This document shows, piece after piece, positions 43,472 to 44,287 of a DNA stretch of 44,287 nt. Below the pieces are notes generated by a model. It saw nothing but the letters and a program-made list of their open reading frames with translations. It was not told where the DNA came from and did no database searches. The stretch is from a virus. Taxonomy: Duplodnaviria; Heunggongvirae; Uroviricota; Caudoviricetes. A program made the translations under genes and the position numbers. The number at the start of each line of letters is the position of its first letter. The first letter of the stretch is position 1. Location of the stretch: the IMG/VR virus record IMGVR_UViG_3300045051_000014. One strand, 5' to 3'.

Positions 43472-44287
43472 ATGACTATTCTAGTGACAGGCGGATTGGG
43501 ATTCATTGGCAGCGCATTCGTGCGCCGTTGGACGTTGTTCAACAAAGAGCCGGTGGTCATTCTCGACAAGCTGACCTACGCAGCCAATCCCCGTAACATT
43601 CAACCGCAGCGTGATAACGTCATCGTCCATGTGGGTGATGTTGCGGATCCGCGTGATGTATCCGGTCTACTCAACGAGTACATGCCTCGCGCCTGTTTTC
43701 ACTTCGCAGCCGAATCGCATGTGGACAACTCCATCAATGACTCTAATCCGTTCCTACACTCTAACGTGTATGGCACGGTCAATCTGTTAGAACAGATTAA
43801 GAATCATCGACCGGGATGCCACCTGATCCATATCTCCACGGATGAAGTCTTCGGCTCGCTAGGGTTGAACGATCCTGCATTCACCGAAGAAACTCCCTAC
43901 GCGCCGCGCAGTCCATATGCTGCATCCAAGGCAGCATCCGACCATTTCGTTCGCGCCTATGCCGTGACACATGGACTCAAGGTGAACATCACTAATTGCT
44001 CTAACAACTACGGACCCTATCAGCATCCGGAGAAGTTCATTCCTACGGTCATTCGTAAGATGCTCGCGGGTGAGAAGATTCCCGTCTATGGTACAGGCAT
44101 GAACATTCGTGACTGGCTCCATGTAGACGATCATGTGGATGCACTAATTGCTGTGCTAGAACGCGGTAAGATCGGTGAGCAATACTGCATCGGCGGTGGC
44201 ACGCAGAAGACGAACATCGAAATCGCAACCTCCATCATCGGCTGTATCGGCGGTTCGTTCGAACAGATCGCGTTTGTCGAAGATCGC
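43472..44287 (+). CDS. rmlB: dTDP-glucose 4,6-dehydratase (truncated by window end; not in the ORF track)
   Basis: ILVTGGLGFIGS, DKLTYA, HFAAESHVD, ISTDEVFG, SPYAASK, NCSNNYGPYQHPEK, RDWLHVDDH. Confidence 0.95.
   Translation, partial: MTILVTGGLGFIGSAFVRRWTLFNKEPVVILDKLTYAANPRNIQPQRDNVIVHVGDVADPRDVSGLLNEYMPRACFHFAAESHVDNSINDSNPFLHSNVYGTVNLLEQIKNHRPGCHLIHISTDEVFGSLGLNDPAFTEETPYAPRSPYAASKAASDHFVRAYAVTHGLKVNITNCSNNYGPYQHPEKFIPTVIRKMLAGEKIPVYGTGMNIRDWLHVDDHVDALIAVLERGKIGEQYCIGGGTQKTNIEIATSIIGCIGGSFEQIAFVEDR

Overview
This window is a 44.3-kb segment of a T4-like (cyanophage/pelagiphage/Cr30-style gene order) myovirus genome, probably infecting a proteobacterium. Every gene I can support is on the + strand. 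It runs from the head module (prohead core, gp21, gp22, gp23, gp3) through uvsY-uvsW-gp55-gp47-gp46, peptide deformylase, an HExxH/VWA + MoxR-AAA ('CobT/CobS') + SLOG block, gp45-gp44-gp62-regA, nucleotide-metabolism genes and a cluster of small early-type ORFs. It then continues through Fn3/Ig-like proteins, a glycosyl/methyltransferase cluster and gp43-uvsX-gp40-gp41, and ends inside rmlB. Two EndoVII-type endonuclease genes are inserted between core genes. Five less obvious signals stand out. (1) Four promoters each have an IHF-consensus site starting exactly 31 nt upstream of a TTGC-type -35 box. (2) A perfect sigma70 promoter fires antisense just upstream of gp55. (3) An unannotated 29-aa K/R-rich peptide has its own RBS and a promoter upstream. 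(4) Leu/Ser codon usage differs sharply between the VWA-peptidase gene and the capsid genes. (5) Three GTs, a methyltransferase and RmlB suggest a glycosylation pathway. I saw no tRNA, rRNA or CRISPR array. All family calls come from motif recognition and synteny by eye; no database searches were run.
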